From NCBI RefSeq assembly GCF_046119375.1, contig NW_027362763.1, positions 322,896,001 to 322,960,000 on the forward strand: DNA of 64,000 nt, written 5' to 3'. Shown here piece by piece: positions 11,695 to 24,554 of this stretch (its first letter is position 1; the number at the start of each line of letters is the position of its first letter). Under the pieces are notes generated by a model. It was not told where the DNA came from. It worked only from the letters and a program-made list of their open reading frames with translations, and made no database searches. The translations under genes and the position numbers were made by a program. Source of the stretch: Phyllobates terribilis. Taxonomy: Eukaryota.

Positions 11695-14537
11695 CAGCAC
11701 TATTCAAAAATTTTAGGCAGATGCCAAAAGAATGCTGCAAAGTAAGAAGGCTTTCAAATTTAAAAGCATTAATAGTTTATGTTTATCAATTACAAAGGAA
11801 AGGGAAAGTAGATTTAAAGAAAGAAATGTAAATATAAATCATTGATGCTGTTTTGAATATTTGGTGTGACCACCCTTTGTCTTAAAAACAGCATTTATTC
11901 TTCTAGATTCACTTGCACAAAGTTAGGCATTCTGCAGAAGTATAGTCAGATATACGAGAGGCGTTCATTAAAGATTTCCTCTGACCCACTTCAAGGGAAC
12001 TGAGAGCAATTAAACTTGGCACAGTTATTAGTCCTTTTAGCCACCTAGGGACATACACTTCTCCTATCTCTTTAAGCAACTGTAAACACCTCGCTTGTAG
12101 AAGTCGACAGATTGCTCCAAAAGTCACGTTGTAACTTCGAAAATCAGAGTCTTATCATCTGGAAAATGCTTGCCCTTCAAAAATAACTTCATTTTTGGAA
12201 AGAGGTGGAAGTCCGATGGTGCCAGGTCAGGTGAATAAGGGGGATGCGATAGAATTTCAAAGCCACAGGAGCATGCTTCCATTTGGGCAACATTTGAGTT
12301 GTGAGCTGATGCACTGTCTTGCAGAAGGTGGACAACTTTGATGAGCATGCCACGTCTCTTGGTTTTGATGGCCTCCCACAATTTCCGCAGCAGTGAAGCA
12401 TAGTATGCCCCAGTGATCATGGTACCCTTTGCTAGGAAATCAATCAATACTATTCCATGCTGGTCCCAAAATACTGTGAGTGTGACCTTGTCTGCCGAGG
12501 GTTGGGCACATACCTTCTTTGGAGGCAGTGAGTCATGATGCTTCCATTGCATAGACTGGACTTTAGTCTCTGGATCATAGTGATGGACCCAGCTTTCATC
12601 CTGTGTGATCAGTCTGTTGAAAAAGTCCTCCTGGTTTCCATGGCACATAGTCAATAGAGCCTGAGAGCATTTGACTCGTTCCTGATTCTGGAAAGGGGTG
12701 AGCAGCCAGGGAACCTAGCGAGCGGATAACTTATGCATGTGAAGATGGTCTTGGATGATTTTTTCCACGGACCCCACACTAATCTTGACATTTTGTGCTA
12801 GGTGGCGAATGGTTACGTGACAATTTTCCAAAATGGCGACCTCCAATTGCTGGATGGTGTGTTCATTAATAGCAGAGTGTGGTCACCCTGGAATTAGAGC
12901 TGTTTGCACCGAAGTCCGACCATATTCCAATTGGCGATGCCAGTTCTTGACTACATCATATGATGGGGAATCATCACCATAAACCTCTTTCATCTCATCG
13001 AACGTCTCCTTTGGTGTGCGGCCTTTCAAGTAAAGGAACTTGATGACTGCTTTGTATTCCACTAGGTTCATTACCACACCTCACACCACTTTAGCACCTG
13101 TAAAATCAAGACCGTTATCAGTTCTGGGTTGCAAATTGGCATGTAACCTATAGAGACTTATATCATTACACATGTGAAGTTGCAGCGTCCTGTGATAAAT
13201 AGAAGTGGGTCAGGGGAAATCTTTAAAGAACGCCCCTCGCATGAATAACTGAATTCATACCAGTTATACCAAACACGAGATAATGATCATAGTTTTCACG
13301 CATAGGTTGAAACACACTCATTGAGTAAAACAGAAGCATAAAACTGAGTGAAGAACTGCCAAATTCTGCTACAAAGGGCTCTGGAAGATAGGTTCATGTC
13401 ATAAGTCATATACCATGGCAAGACTGAGCACAACAACAAGACTTGCGGTATTAATATTGTATCAGCGGGGTTTCTCCCAGATTTTATGATTTAAGATTTT
13501 AAGGCAGAATAGGGTTTAAAGATGTACTGTTAAGGGTCTTTTGAAAAAGCAATGGAAAATGTTGAAGACCATAAATGCAGTGGACAGACAAGGAAACTTA
13601 GTTTAGCAGAAGAAAGACACATCATGCTTATTTCCCTTTGAAACTGAAAGTAGTCCAGCAGTGCCATCAGCTTAAAACCAGCAGCAAACCCAGCAACACT
13701 GATATACTGTATAGAGAAATCTGGCCAAAAAGTGGTTTTCATTGAAGAATTTCAGCCAAAAGCCATACCTTCTACATGGAAACAGGGTCAACTGACTTAA
13801 CTAGGCACAAAAACATAGAAACTGCATGGGGTGCAGAAAATGGCAGCAGATGCACTAGACGTATCAGTCAAAATGTGAAATATCTGGCTACAACAGAAAG
13901 CAGTTTATTTGGCAAAGGGCTGTAGAGTGGTATAATAATGAGTGTCTACAGTCAACACTAAAATATGGTGGAGGATCTTTGTAAATTTGGGACTGCATTT
14001 CAGAAAATGTAGTTGGGGATTTGAGCAGGATTAATATTGTCCTCAAGGCTGAAAAATACAGACATATACTTATCCATCATTATTCTGCAGCAAAACAACA
14101 ACGTCAAACATACAACCAATGTCATTAAGAATTATCTTCAGCATAAAGAAGAAGAAGTTCTGAAAGTGGTTATATGGACTCCACAGAGTCCTGATCTCAA
14201 CATCATCGAGTCTGTCTGGGATTATATGAGGAGACAAAGGGATTTGCATAAGCCTTCATCCACAGAAAATCTGTCTGTCATGAGTTCTCCAAGATACTTG
14301 GAAAAACCTCCCTGTTGAGTTTCTTCAAAAACTGTGTGCAAAAGTACCTGAAAGAATAGATGCTGTTTTGAAGGCAAAGGGAAGTCGCATCAAATATTGG
14401 TTTCATTTAGATTTTTCTTCTGTTTAATTTCATTACATTTTGTTAATTGAGAAACAAAAACTAATAACACTTGTATTTATAAAGAATTCGTAATTTGCTG
14501 CATTTTTGTACAACTGCTTAAAACTTATTCAGTATTG
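11695..14537 (+). mobile_element. Degenerate Tc1-like transposon (probably DD38E-type), interrupted by a mariner
   Basis: Degenerate TIRs CAGCACTATTCAAAAATTTTAGGCAG / CTGCTTAAAACTTATTCAGTATTG. Transposase relics MARLSTTTRLAVLILYQRG from 13415 and QQNNNVKH...WTPQSPDLNIIESVW at 14037-14318. Confidence 0.8.
11955..13239 (-). mobile_element. mariner (DD34D) element, 1.29 kb, irritans-like, defective
   Basis: TIRs TA-CGAGAGGCGTTCATTAAAGATTTCCTCTGACCCACTTC / GAAGTGGGTCAGGGGAAATCTTTAAAGAACGCCCCTCG. ATG at 13071 (MNLVEYKAVIKFL), ITQDESWVHHYDPETK, HPPYSPDLAPSDF; stops and frameshifts present. The subfamily is inferred from motifs. Confidence 0.93.
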
Positions 14538-14749
14538 CACCTCCCACCTTTGAAGGATAAAAATCATGAGAAACATTCTGCTTCACGAAAATAATTTTAC
14601 GCTAAGCCAGTACCCTAACGGCATCCCAGTCTGTTATATGTCTCCACAAAGAATTTCTCTTACTGAAGGACATAATTCTTCTCACACTATATTGTACTCT
14701 TTTCATTGCTCCCACAGTGACTCCCATGCACAGTATGATACCCCACAGT

Positions 14750-15287
14750 CAGGGCCGGCGTCAGCACCTGGAAAACCAGGGCAAGTGCCGAGACCTTGGA
14801 CCACCTAGGGAGGCCCACCCGCTGTCGGGGCCCTGGCCGCTCCCCCTCATCTGTGCAGGGCCGCCTGCGCTGCTTGATTGCCGGCACTTCACCAGACATG
14901 GCCGCGCAGTGCGCTGTGCCTAGTATTAATGACATGGCAGGGATGACACTGTGCCTTTAATTGTGCTTATGTGTCACCCCTGCCACATCATTACTACCAG
15001 ACACAGCCATACAGCGCACTGCATGTGGCCATGTCTGGTGAAGTGCCGTCAATCAAGCACCGCCAGCGGCCCTGCACAGGGGATGGGTAAGTGGCCTGGG
15101 CCCCGACAGCAAGTGGGGCCCTCTGATGGTCCAGTGCCATGCCTGTGATGGCCATCAATGGCATGCCAGTGACCCTGCACTGCCACATACCTGAGGGCTG
15201 GATGGGAGATAGGTCGGGGGCAGGTGAGCAAGGCTTGTTGCCAGCTTCCCCAATCCCCATATTAAACATTTTTCTAATGTGTGTGTA

Positions 15288-15322
<35 letters not shown>

Positions 15323-16091
15323 GTGCATGTATGATGGCAATAACTATGTATGTCAGTGTGTATGACTGTGTATATATATTTATGTCTGCTTTATATGTGT
15401 TTTTAAGAATTTGTATTCAAATACGTGTCTGTATGTGTATATATCTGTGTATGTGCGTATATCTGTGTACCATGTGCATGTGTGTATGTGTGTGCATACC
15501 TGCATGTGTGCACATGTCTGCATACTGTGTGTGTGCAGGCATGTTTGCATACTGTGTGTGTGCATGTCTTCTTACTGTGCATGTGCGGGCATATTAATAT
15601 ACTGTGTGCGTGCATATCTGCGTACTGTGGGCGTATGTTAGTGCATGTCTGCGTACTGTGTGCATGTATGCGGGAATGTCTGTGTACTGTGTGTGTGTGC
15701 AGGTCTGCGTACCGTGTGTGCGTGTGCATGCATGTCTGCGTACTGTGTGCATGTGCATGTCTGCGTACTGTGCGAACTGTGTATACTCTGCATACTGTTA
15801 ATGTCTTCGTAATGTTTGTATGTGTGCGTGCATGTCTGCGTACTGTGTGCATGTCTGCATACTGTGTGTATGTGCGTGCATGCATGTCTTCCTACTGAGC
15901 GTGTGTGTGCATGTCTGCCTAATGTGCATGTCTGCATGTCTGCATATGTTAAGGAGGAGGGGATAGCCTGGGCCCTGTGTTGTATACCTAATTTCTCTGT
16001 CGTATCTGTGCATCATGAATGGTGCTTTGTATTAAAGGGGCCCACTGAGACTTTTTTGCCCTGGGCTCACGAAAACCTGGAGCTGGCTTTG
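14750..16091. mobile_element. Non-autonomous hAT element with 8-bp TSD, internal palindrome and TG-rich array
   Basis: CAGGGCCGGC...GCTGGCTTTG flanked by CCCACAGT (14742-14749) and CTCACAGT (16092-16099). Internal inverted repeat 14812-14950 / 14971-15121. Confidence 0.75.
15277..15950. repeat. (TG)n-derived micro/minisatellite (CATGTCTGCGTACTGTGTG-type units)
   Basis: Direct inspection; it is the source of the many low-complexity VC/HT ORFs. Confidence 0.95.
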
Positions 16092-17333
16092 CTCACAGTA
16101 CCCAACATACAATATGATTCCTGTAAAGCACATTCCCGCACACACAGTATGGATCCCACTTGCTTGTGTACTGCTTCTGTGCTCATCCAGTCTCTGTTGC
16201 CTTTTACGTGACCTGAGAATGTCACTCAGAGACCCTGTAGTCTCTAACCAGATTGCACGGTGGAGTAGGGTTTTAATAGATCACTTACCCACCATTGTAT
16301 TCAACTATATGATATTTGTGTCCCAAGGACACATATAAAGTTGAAGTAGGGACATAAACCCAACTTCCCAGGATAGTGGTAAGGCTCCCTTAATTTGTGA
16401 CTGTCCTGCTGGACCCAGAATTGTTAGAAGGTATGCGTACTGATGTCAAATTATTACCTTTTCTTAAGACTCGCTATACAGTACTTTGAGATAAGTGGTG
16501 CAACATCGGGAGATGTGGCCTCCCAGCGCTTGTGATGTAATTTTCAACCTGTCAAGTATTTTGCTAATATGTCTTGATAATAGCCTACAGAAAAAAAGGG
16601 GAGTGAATAACCCCAAGAAACTAAGTAATAATGATAGAGACTAGTGATGAGCGAGCGTGCTCGCTATTGCTCGATACTCACCCGAGCATCCCACTGCTTG
16701 AGATGCTCGGCGCTTGGTGAGTATTTCTGGCATGCTCGAGCGAGAGCTGGGGTCCCCGCTAGAGATGAGCGGTGTTCGACTAGAACTGTTCGCCAGTCTC
16801 AAATTCGAGCTGTTTTGGGCAGTGTTCGAGTCGTTCGAAGTACGCAAACGATTTGCAAAAAATTCGAGGTTATGTTCGATAACTGTTCGTGCACCAAAAG
16901 TGTAACTAGATTTTTTCACATCATGCAGGGATTGTCTGCCACTCACTGTAATGCCACAGCCATGGTGGTTGTGGCATTACAGTGATTGCCCAAATCGATG
17001 GGAACAGTGCTCACAGTGAAACATGAAAAGCCGGCAAATCAGCAGCGGCATACACCGGTCCCCGACAATTTAGAACATCAAGAATAGAGCATCACACATA
17101 GATTAGATAGATAGAAACATGTCAGTCACATATATAAGAAGTACAGTGACAGTGTTGGTTACTGTACTTGTCATTTAGTGTTAAAGGATTTATTAAAAAA
17201 AATAATAGTGTTTTCATGCACCGTCTCTTTAAAAAAGCCGGCCGGCAATTCAGCATCGGTACCTGACAATTTAGAACACAAAGAATAGAGCATTACACAT
17301 AGATTAGATAGATAGAAACATGTCAGTCACATA

Positions 17334-18942
17334 CAGTTATATGAAAAAGTTTGGGCACCCCTATTAATCTTATGCTTAATGTTTTATAAAAATTGGTGTT
17401 TTTGCAACAGCTATTTCAGTTTGATATATGTAATAACTGTTGGACACAGTAATGTTTCTGCCTTGAAATGAGGTTTATTGTACTAACAGAAAATGTGCAA
17501 TCTGCATTCAAACAAAATTTGACAGGTGCATAAGTATGGGCACCTCACCAGAAAAGTGACATTAATATTTAGTAGATCCTCCTTTTGCAAAAATAACAGC
17601 CTCTAGTCGCTTCCTGTAGCTTTTAATGAGTTCCTGGATCCTGGATGAAGGTATTTTTGACCATTCCTCTTTACAAAACAATTCCAGTTCAGTTAAGTTT
17701 GATGGTCGCCGAGCATGGACAGCCCTCTTCAAATGATCCCACAGATGTTCAATGATATTCAGGTCTAGGGACTGGGATGGCCATTCCAGAACATTGTAAT
17801 TGTTCCTCTGCATGAATGCAGTAGATTTGGAGCGGTGTTTTGGATCATTGTCTTGCTGAAAGATCCATCCCCTGCGTAACTTCAACTTTGTCACTGATTC
17901 TTGAACATTATTGTCAAGAATCTGCTGATACTGAGTGGAATCCATGCGTCCCTCAACTTTAACAAGATTCCCGGTGCCGGCATTGGCCACACAGCCCCAA
18001 AGCATGATGGAACCTCCACCAAATTTTACTGTGGGTAGCAAGTGTTTTTCTTGGAATGCTGTGTTTTTTTGCCGCCATGCATAACGCCTTTTTGTATGAC
18101 CAAACAACTCAATCTTGGTTTCATCAGTCCACAAGACCTTCTTCCAAAAAGAAATTGGCTTCTCCAAATGTGCTTTTGCATACCTCAGCCGACTCTGTTT
18201 GTGGCGTGCTTGTAGAAACGGCTTCATTCGCATCACTCTCCCATACAGCTTCTCCTTGTGCAAAGTGCATTGTATAGTTGACCGATGCACAGTGACACCA
18301 TCTGCAGCAAGTTGATGCTGCAGCTCTCTGGAGGTGGTCTGAGGATTGTCCTTGACTGATCTCACCATTCTTCTTCTCTGCCTTTCTGATGTTTTTCTTC
18401 GCCTGCCACTTATGGCCTTAACAAGAACTGTCCCTGTGTTATTCCATTTCCTTATTATGTTCCTCACAGTGGAAACTGACAGGTTAAATCTCTGAGACAG
18501 CTTTTTGTATCCTTCCCCTGAACAACTATGTTGAATAATCTTTGTTTTCAGATCATTTGACAGTTGTTTTGAGGAGCCCATGATGCCACTCTTCAGAGGA
18601 GATTCAAACAGGAGAACAACTTGCAAGTGGCCACTTTAAGTAGCTTTTCTCATGACTGCATACACCTGGCTATGAAGTTTAAAGCTCAATGAGGTTACAA
18701 AACCAAAAAAAAGTGCTTTAGTAAGTCAGTAAAAAGTAGGTAGGAGTATTTAAAACAAGAAAATGATAAGGGTGCCCATACTTATGCACCTGTCAAATTT
18801 TGTTTGAATGCAGATTGAAACATTACTGTGTCCAACAGTTATTACATATATCAAACTGAAATAGCTGTTGCAAAAAACACCAATTTTTATAAAACATTAA
18901 GCTTAAGATTAATAGGGGTGCCCAAACTTTTTCATATAACTG
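17334..18942 (-). mobile_element. Tc1 transposon, second copy of the family at 5710-7356
   Basis: Same TIRs, TA duplication at 17332-17333 and 18943-18944; the empty site CACATATATAAGAAG is visible in neighbouring repeat unit 1. Confidence 0.97.
17562..18581 (-). CDS. Tc1 transposase, open 339-aa ORF with a one-codon deletion in the D-E spacer
   Basis: MGSSKQLS (ATG 18581), ISGRRRKT, WTDETK, QQDND-33-E, KGGSTKY*. Confidence 0.85.
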   Translation of the reverse strand: MGSSKQLSNDLKTKIIQHSCSGEGYKKLSQRFNLSVSTVRNIIRKWNNTGTVLVKAISGRRRKTSERQRRRMVRSVKDNPQTTSRELQHQLAADGVTVHRSTIQCTLHKEKLYGRVMRMKPFLQARHKQSRLRYAKAHLEKPISFWKKVLWTDETKIELFGHTKRRYAWRQKNTAFQEKHLLPTVKFGGGSIMLWGCVANAGTGNLVKVEGRMDSTQYQQILDNNVQESVTKLKLRRGWIFQQDNDPKHRSKSTAFMQRNNYNVLEWPSQSLDLNIIEHLWDHLKRAVHARRPSNLTELELFCKEEWSKIPSSRIQELIKSYRKRLEAVIFAKGGSTKY

Positions 18943-19917
18943 TATATAAGAAGTACAGTGACAGTGTTGGTTACTGTACTGGTCATTTAGTGTTAAAGGA
19001 TTTATTTAAAAAAATAATAGTGTTTTCATGCACCGTCTCTTTAAAAAAGCCGGCCGGCAATTCAGCATCTGTACCTGACAATTTACAACAGAAATAATAG
19101 AGCATCACACATAGATTAGATAGATAGAAACATGTCAGTCACATATATAATAAGTACAGTGATAGTGTTGATTACTGTACTTGTCATTTAGTGTTAAAAT
19201 AAAGGATTTATTAAAAAAAAAAATTGGCGTGGGGTTCCCCGTAATTTTAGTCTCTAGCGGAGGTTAAGCAGACAGCTGGGGCAGATGTTTGAAGCCTGGG
19301 AAGGGGGTAATACCCACGGAGCTTCCCAGGCTACTAATATCAGCCCCCAGCTGAATACCTAGCCTTTTCTAGCTATTAAAATGGGGAACTCAAAAAAAAT
19401 GACGTGGGGTCCCCCCTATTTTAATAGCTAGCAAAGGCTAGGCAGACAGATGGGGGCTGATATTGATAGCCCAGGAAGGGTGCCATGAATATTGGCCCCC
19501 TCCCAGGCTAGAAACACCAGCCGTCAGACGTCCAAGAAATGGCGCATCCATAAGGTTCGCCAATTCTGGCACTTAGCCTCGCTCTTCCCACTGCCCTGTA
19601 GCGGTGGCAGTGGGGTAATAGGGCTAGGGTTGATGTCAGCTTATAATGCCAGCTGACATCAAGCCCAGGTTAGTAATGGAGAGGCGTCTATAAGACACCC
19701 CCATTACTAACCCCATAGTCAAAGTTTAAAAAAAAACACAAACACCCAGAATAAAGTCCTTTAATTGAAATAAACACACAATTCTTTAATTTTCTATATT
19801 AAACCATACTACACTGTGTTCCAAATTATTATGCAAATAATATTTTCTCAGATTTTCCCAAATTACCTATATGAATTGCAGTGTATACACAGTGTATAAC
19901 AGGCAGGAACAAGCAGT

Positions 19918-22440
19918 GTGGTAGCCACAGGCACAAGGCAGTCAACCGTTCCACAGAACACAAACACAATGGAAGTTGCCAGTACGACTGTTAGGTCTTC
20001 TGAAGTCTGGTTGTTTTTTAAAGACTCTGCAGATAACTCCAAAAATGCCATTTGCACCATCTTCCAAGTCAGCATCAGCAGGGGTAGCAAAACTACTAGC
20101 CTGATGCTCAGCATGCTCAGGCACTTGACAGCAAAGCACCCAACAAGGTGGTCTGAACGCCAGGGTCCAAAAACAGTGTCTGCAGGTGACACCACTGCTT
20201 GTTCCCCTTTTGTGCGTGCACGTCAATCCCCTATGGCGAAGATGCCTCCTGCCCTACACCTGTCGTTGCACACTAGCAACTACCACCATCAGCAACCACG
20301 TCCACGTACTTGTCTCAGAGCAGCGTTCAGTTGTCCCTATCCTGGTCCTTGGAATGCAAGTGCAAATACACAGCCAACGCCCCACAGACCACCCTACTAA
20401 ACACACACATTTTGCGAATGCTTGAGCTCGAACTGTTGCCTTTTAGGTTACTGGAGACGGAAGCTTTCCACAACCTGATGTCGGTGGTCATTCCTTGGTA
20501 CTCGGTCCCCAGCAGCCACTATTTCTCCCAGTGTGGCGTCTCCGCATCACACAAGCACGTGTCCCAGAACATTAGCAGTTCCCTCAACAATGCAGTCACT
20601 GGGAAGGTCCACCTAACCACAGACATGTGGACAAGTGCTTGTGGGCAGGGACGGTAAATCTTGTTAATGGCATACTGGATTAATATAGTCGAAGCCGGGA
20701 CCCAGTCGGACCATGGGATGGAACATGTCCTCCCAGCTCCGAGGATTGTGGGCCATGGGTCAATCAAGGTTGCTCCAACATTCTACAGCTCCTGCACCTC
20801 CTCCTCTTCAGCCTCCATCTACAAAATGACCACATTAGTCACAAACTGGAAGCACTGCAGCACTGCCTCGGCCAAGCAGCAACAGGCTGTGCTGAAGCTA
20901 ATATGCTTAGGTGACAAACCGCACACCGCTGAAGAAGTGTGGACAGCTCTGAAAGAGCAGACAGATCTGTGGCAGTCGCTGCTGAACCTACAGCCAGGCA
21001 TGGTCGTATGTTACATTGGTCAGAACCTGGTGGTGGCTCCGAACTGAGGCGAGCTCACACACGTACCATGACTGGCCCATGTGCTCAACCTCTTGGTTCA
21101 GTGGTCTCTTAAAACCTAATTGGACCTGCCAGATCGGCTTGTCAAAAAACGCCACGTGTGTGCCCATTTTAGAACGTCAGCTACAGCTTTTGCCGCCCTC
21201 ACTATGTTTCAGCATAGTTTGCAGTTTCCAGCTCAGCGACTGGTGTGCAATGTCCCCACCCATTGGAACTTAACCTTACTGATGTTGGGAAGGATTTATG
21301 AGCAGCACAGGACAGTTGTTGACTACCAGCTTCAAAACGCCTGTCGGTATTCAGGTCAGCCTCGGGACATAAGAGCTCAGGAGTGGGAATGGATGTGAGA
21401 CATCTGTGCCATCCTACAAAACTTTGAAACAAAGATGATGAGCGGTGATGACGCCATGATTACTGTCACCATCCCTCTTCTCTGTCTTCTGAAACACTCT
21501 CTGCTCTCAATTAAACAGAAGGCATTGCAAGCGGAGCACTATTAGATGGAGCAAGGAACCATACAGGGTGATTCCACACAGCCCAGCCTCATCTCATCCC
21601 AAAGTGGATTGGGTAACCATGAGGAAGCAGAGGAGGAGGAGGAAGAACAAGAGCTAGTTTCTTGCGCTATAGACAGTACTACCCACACAACTGTCATACC
21701 ATCTGTTCAGCGTGTATGAGGAGATGGAGGAGGAGGAGGATGAGGAGGAGAGCATGGTCAGTCGTATTCTTGGTGAGGACACAGAAGTCTTGCCTGTTAG
21801 CAGTCTGGCACACATGGCTGAGTTTCTGTTACACTGCCTTTCCCGTGACCCTCACATTGTCCAAATTTTGGGTCACAGTCATTACTGGTTGGTGACACTT
21901 CTAGACCCATGCTACAAGGAGAACTTTCTATCTCTCATTCCCACGGTGGCCTGGTCTACTAAAATGGTGCAGTATCAGAAGGCCCTTGTTGCTGAATTAT
22001 TTAAAAAATTCCCATCTGAAAATGCTGGCGGCAGAGGTCACAGTTCATTGGGCAATCAAGGAGTACAGGCGAGAGAGACAAATACGATCCAGCAGAGGCA
22101 GGGGAACACTGTCAAGGGTCTGGGAGAGTTTTTTCAGACCCTCCCATCGCACAGGCCCAAATGTGCGGGGTACTCTCACAAGGAGGGATCATTTTACAAA
22201 GATGCTGAAGGAGTACCTTGCTGACCGTACCAAGTCCTAAGTGATTCCTCTGTGCCTCATAATTCTTGGATATGCAAGCTGGATACGTGGCATGAACTGG
22301 CTCTCTAGGTCGTGAAGGTCCTGGCCTGCCCTGCCGCTAGCGATTTGTCAGAGTGGGTTTTTAGTGCCGCCGGGTGAATTATAATGGACAGGCGCATCCG
22401 CCTGTCAACTGAAAATGCTGACAGGCTGATTCATAAAAAT
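19918..22440 (+). pseudogene. hAT transposase relic (BED finger, catalytic region, dimerization domain)
   Basis: BED-like SEVWLFF...AICTIFQ...RHLTAKH; VHLTTDMWTS; LLDPCYK; C-terminal KLDTWHELAL...CPAAS...FSAAG. Many stops and frameshifts. Confidence 0.88.
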
Positions 22441-24554
22441 AAACAAAGTCGGCATTGGGCCAGACTTCTCAACACCACCGAATGATAGCAGCGTAACAAA
22501 CTCAAATACAGTGTCTTTTTTTTAGGAGGTCTATTCCTATACATATCTTCACAACCAGACATGGGTATATGCTTCATGATTTTGCCTCTTTTCTTTTGTC
22601 CTCCTCCTTCTCCTCATCCTCATCCTCCACCACCATATCAGCAGGGTAACCATGATGCAACACCCACATTTTTTTAAGGGTGTTTATGACGCCCGTAGGA
22701 AATGTTTGTTATATAGTATGTTCATGCATAGCTCCCAGGAATAAATGTTTTTCAGCCCATCCTCTTAGTGCATGGAAATTACAATTATAGGAGACCCACT
22801 CCTTCATAAAGGGAACATTTTTTTCATGAGGCCCTCCTTTACGTCTCTTCAAAGAGGTATTGGAGTGCGTCCAAATTTTTGGCAGCCCTTGCAGTCACTG
22901 CATATGCAAGAACAGTATTGGAGACCTGCTCCTTTATAATGGGAACATTTTTTTCATGATGCCCTCCTCTACGTCTCTTTCAAGGGGCATTGGAGTGCGT
23001 CCAAATTTTTGGCAGCCCATGTAGTCACTGCGTATGCAAGAACAGTATTGGAGACCCACTCTTTTATAATGGGAAAATTTTTTTCATAAGACCCTCCTCT
23101 AAGTCTCTTCCAAGGGGCATTGGAGTGTGTCCAAACTTTTGGCAGCCCATGCAGTCACTGCATATGCAAGAACAGTATTGGAAACCCACTCCTTTATAAT
23201 GGGAACATTTTTTTCATGAAGCCCTCCTGTACCTCTCTTCCAAGGGACAATGGAGAGCGTCCAAATTTTTGGCAGCCCTTGTAGTCACTGCATATGCAAG
23301 AACAGTATAGGAGACCCGCTCCTTTTATAATGGGAAAAATTTTTTCATGAGGCCCTCCTCTACATCTCTTCAAAGGGGCATTGGCGTACGTTCAATATTT
23401 AGGCAGCTATTGTAGTCACTGTATACGCAATAACTGTATAGCAGAACTGCTCCTTTATAATGGGAACATGTCGTTACGGAGACCCTCCTCTATGTGTCTT
23501 TAAATTGGTATTGGGGTTTTTCCCACATTTAGGCAGCCGTTGCAGTCACTGCATACAAAATAACTGTATAGCAGAACTGCTCCTTTATAATGGGAACATG
23601 TTGTCTATGTGTCTTTAAACTGGTATTGGGGGTTTTCCCACATTTAGACAGCCGTTGCAGTCACTGCATACACAATAACTGTATAGCAGAACCGCTCCTT
23701 TATAATGGGAACATGTTGTTACGGAGGTCCTCCTCTATGTGTCTTTAAATTGGTATTGGGGTTTTTCCCACATTTAGGCAGCCGTTGCAGTCACTGCATA
23801 CACAATAACTGTATAACAGAACTGCTCCTTTATAATGGGAACATGTTGTCTATGTGTCTTTAAATTAGTATTGTTTTTTTTTTAAATTTAGGCAGCCGTT
23901 GCAGTCACTGCGTATGCAATAACTGTATAGCAGAACCGCTCCTTTATAATGGGAAAATGTTGTTACGGAGGCCCTCCTCTATGTGTCTTTAAATTTGTAT
24001 TGGGGTTTTTCCTACATTTAAGCAGCCATTGCAGTCACTGCTGTAAGGCGGCGGTGTTCACGCCATGCAGTAACTGAGGCAGTGACCCAAGCAAGTCCAA
24101 CATAAACAGCTTTTATTTCAGCAACTCACGGGTTAACAGAAAGTCCTCCGGTTCGCAGCCGGGTTACCAGAAAGTCCATACACAATGGTTGCTGGGGACA
24201 ATGGCCACACCGGGCCGCTCAGAGCCTGACAGGTGCAGAGCCTTCCCAGGCAGTGGTTCATCCACACTCAGTCCTGCAGAGCTAACCTGCTGTGCTCCAA
24301 GCAGGTTGCAACATAGAACAACACTAATAGTTAGAGCAGGAGTTTTAAAGGACCTGTGGCAAGAGCCACTGGAAAACCCGGGTTGGAGGGAGGAGGCCGC
24401 CCCACTGCCTCCTGTGATCTCCTCCAAGAAATGAAGGCCCTGCCGGGTTTTACTTAATCTGCCTTAGCCAGGTAGTCTGACCAGGTCATTGCTCACCTTC
24501 ATTCCTGCATTGCAGCCGCAGCTGTGTGTGTGACTGCAATGCACTCCAATGGAT

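Larger units (their letters stand above)
17064..19215. repeat. ~201-bp tandem repeat, 3 units; the middle unit is interrupted by a Tc1
   Basis: Units start with GACAATTT at 17064, 17265 and 19077. Confidence 0.9.

Noticed and set aside
15139-15937. Cys/Val- and His/Thr-rich ORFs
   Set aside because: Products of TG/CA microsatellite sequence.
22790-24041. Regularly spaced repeats resembling a CRISPR array
   Set aside because: Whole units are repeated with no unique spacers, there are no cas genes, and the context is a vertebrate transposon.
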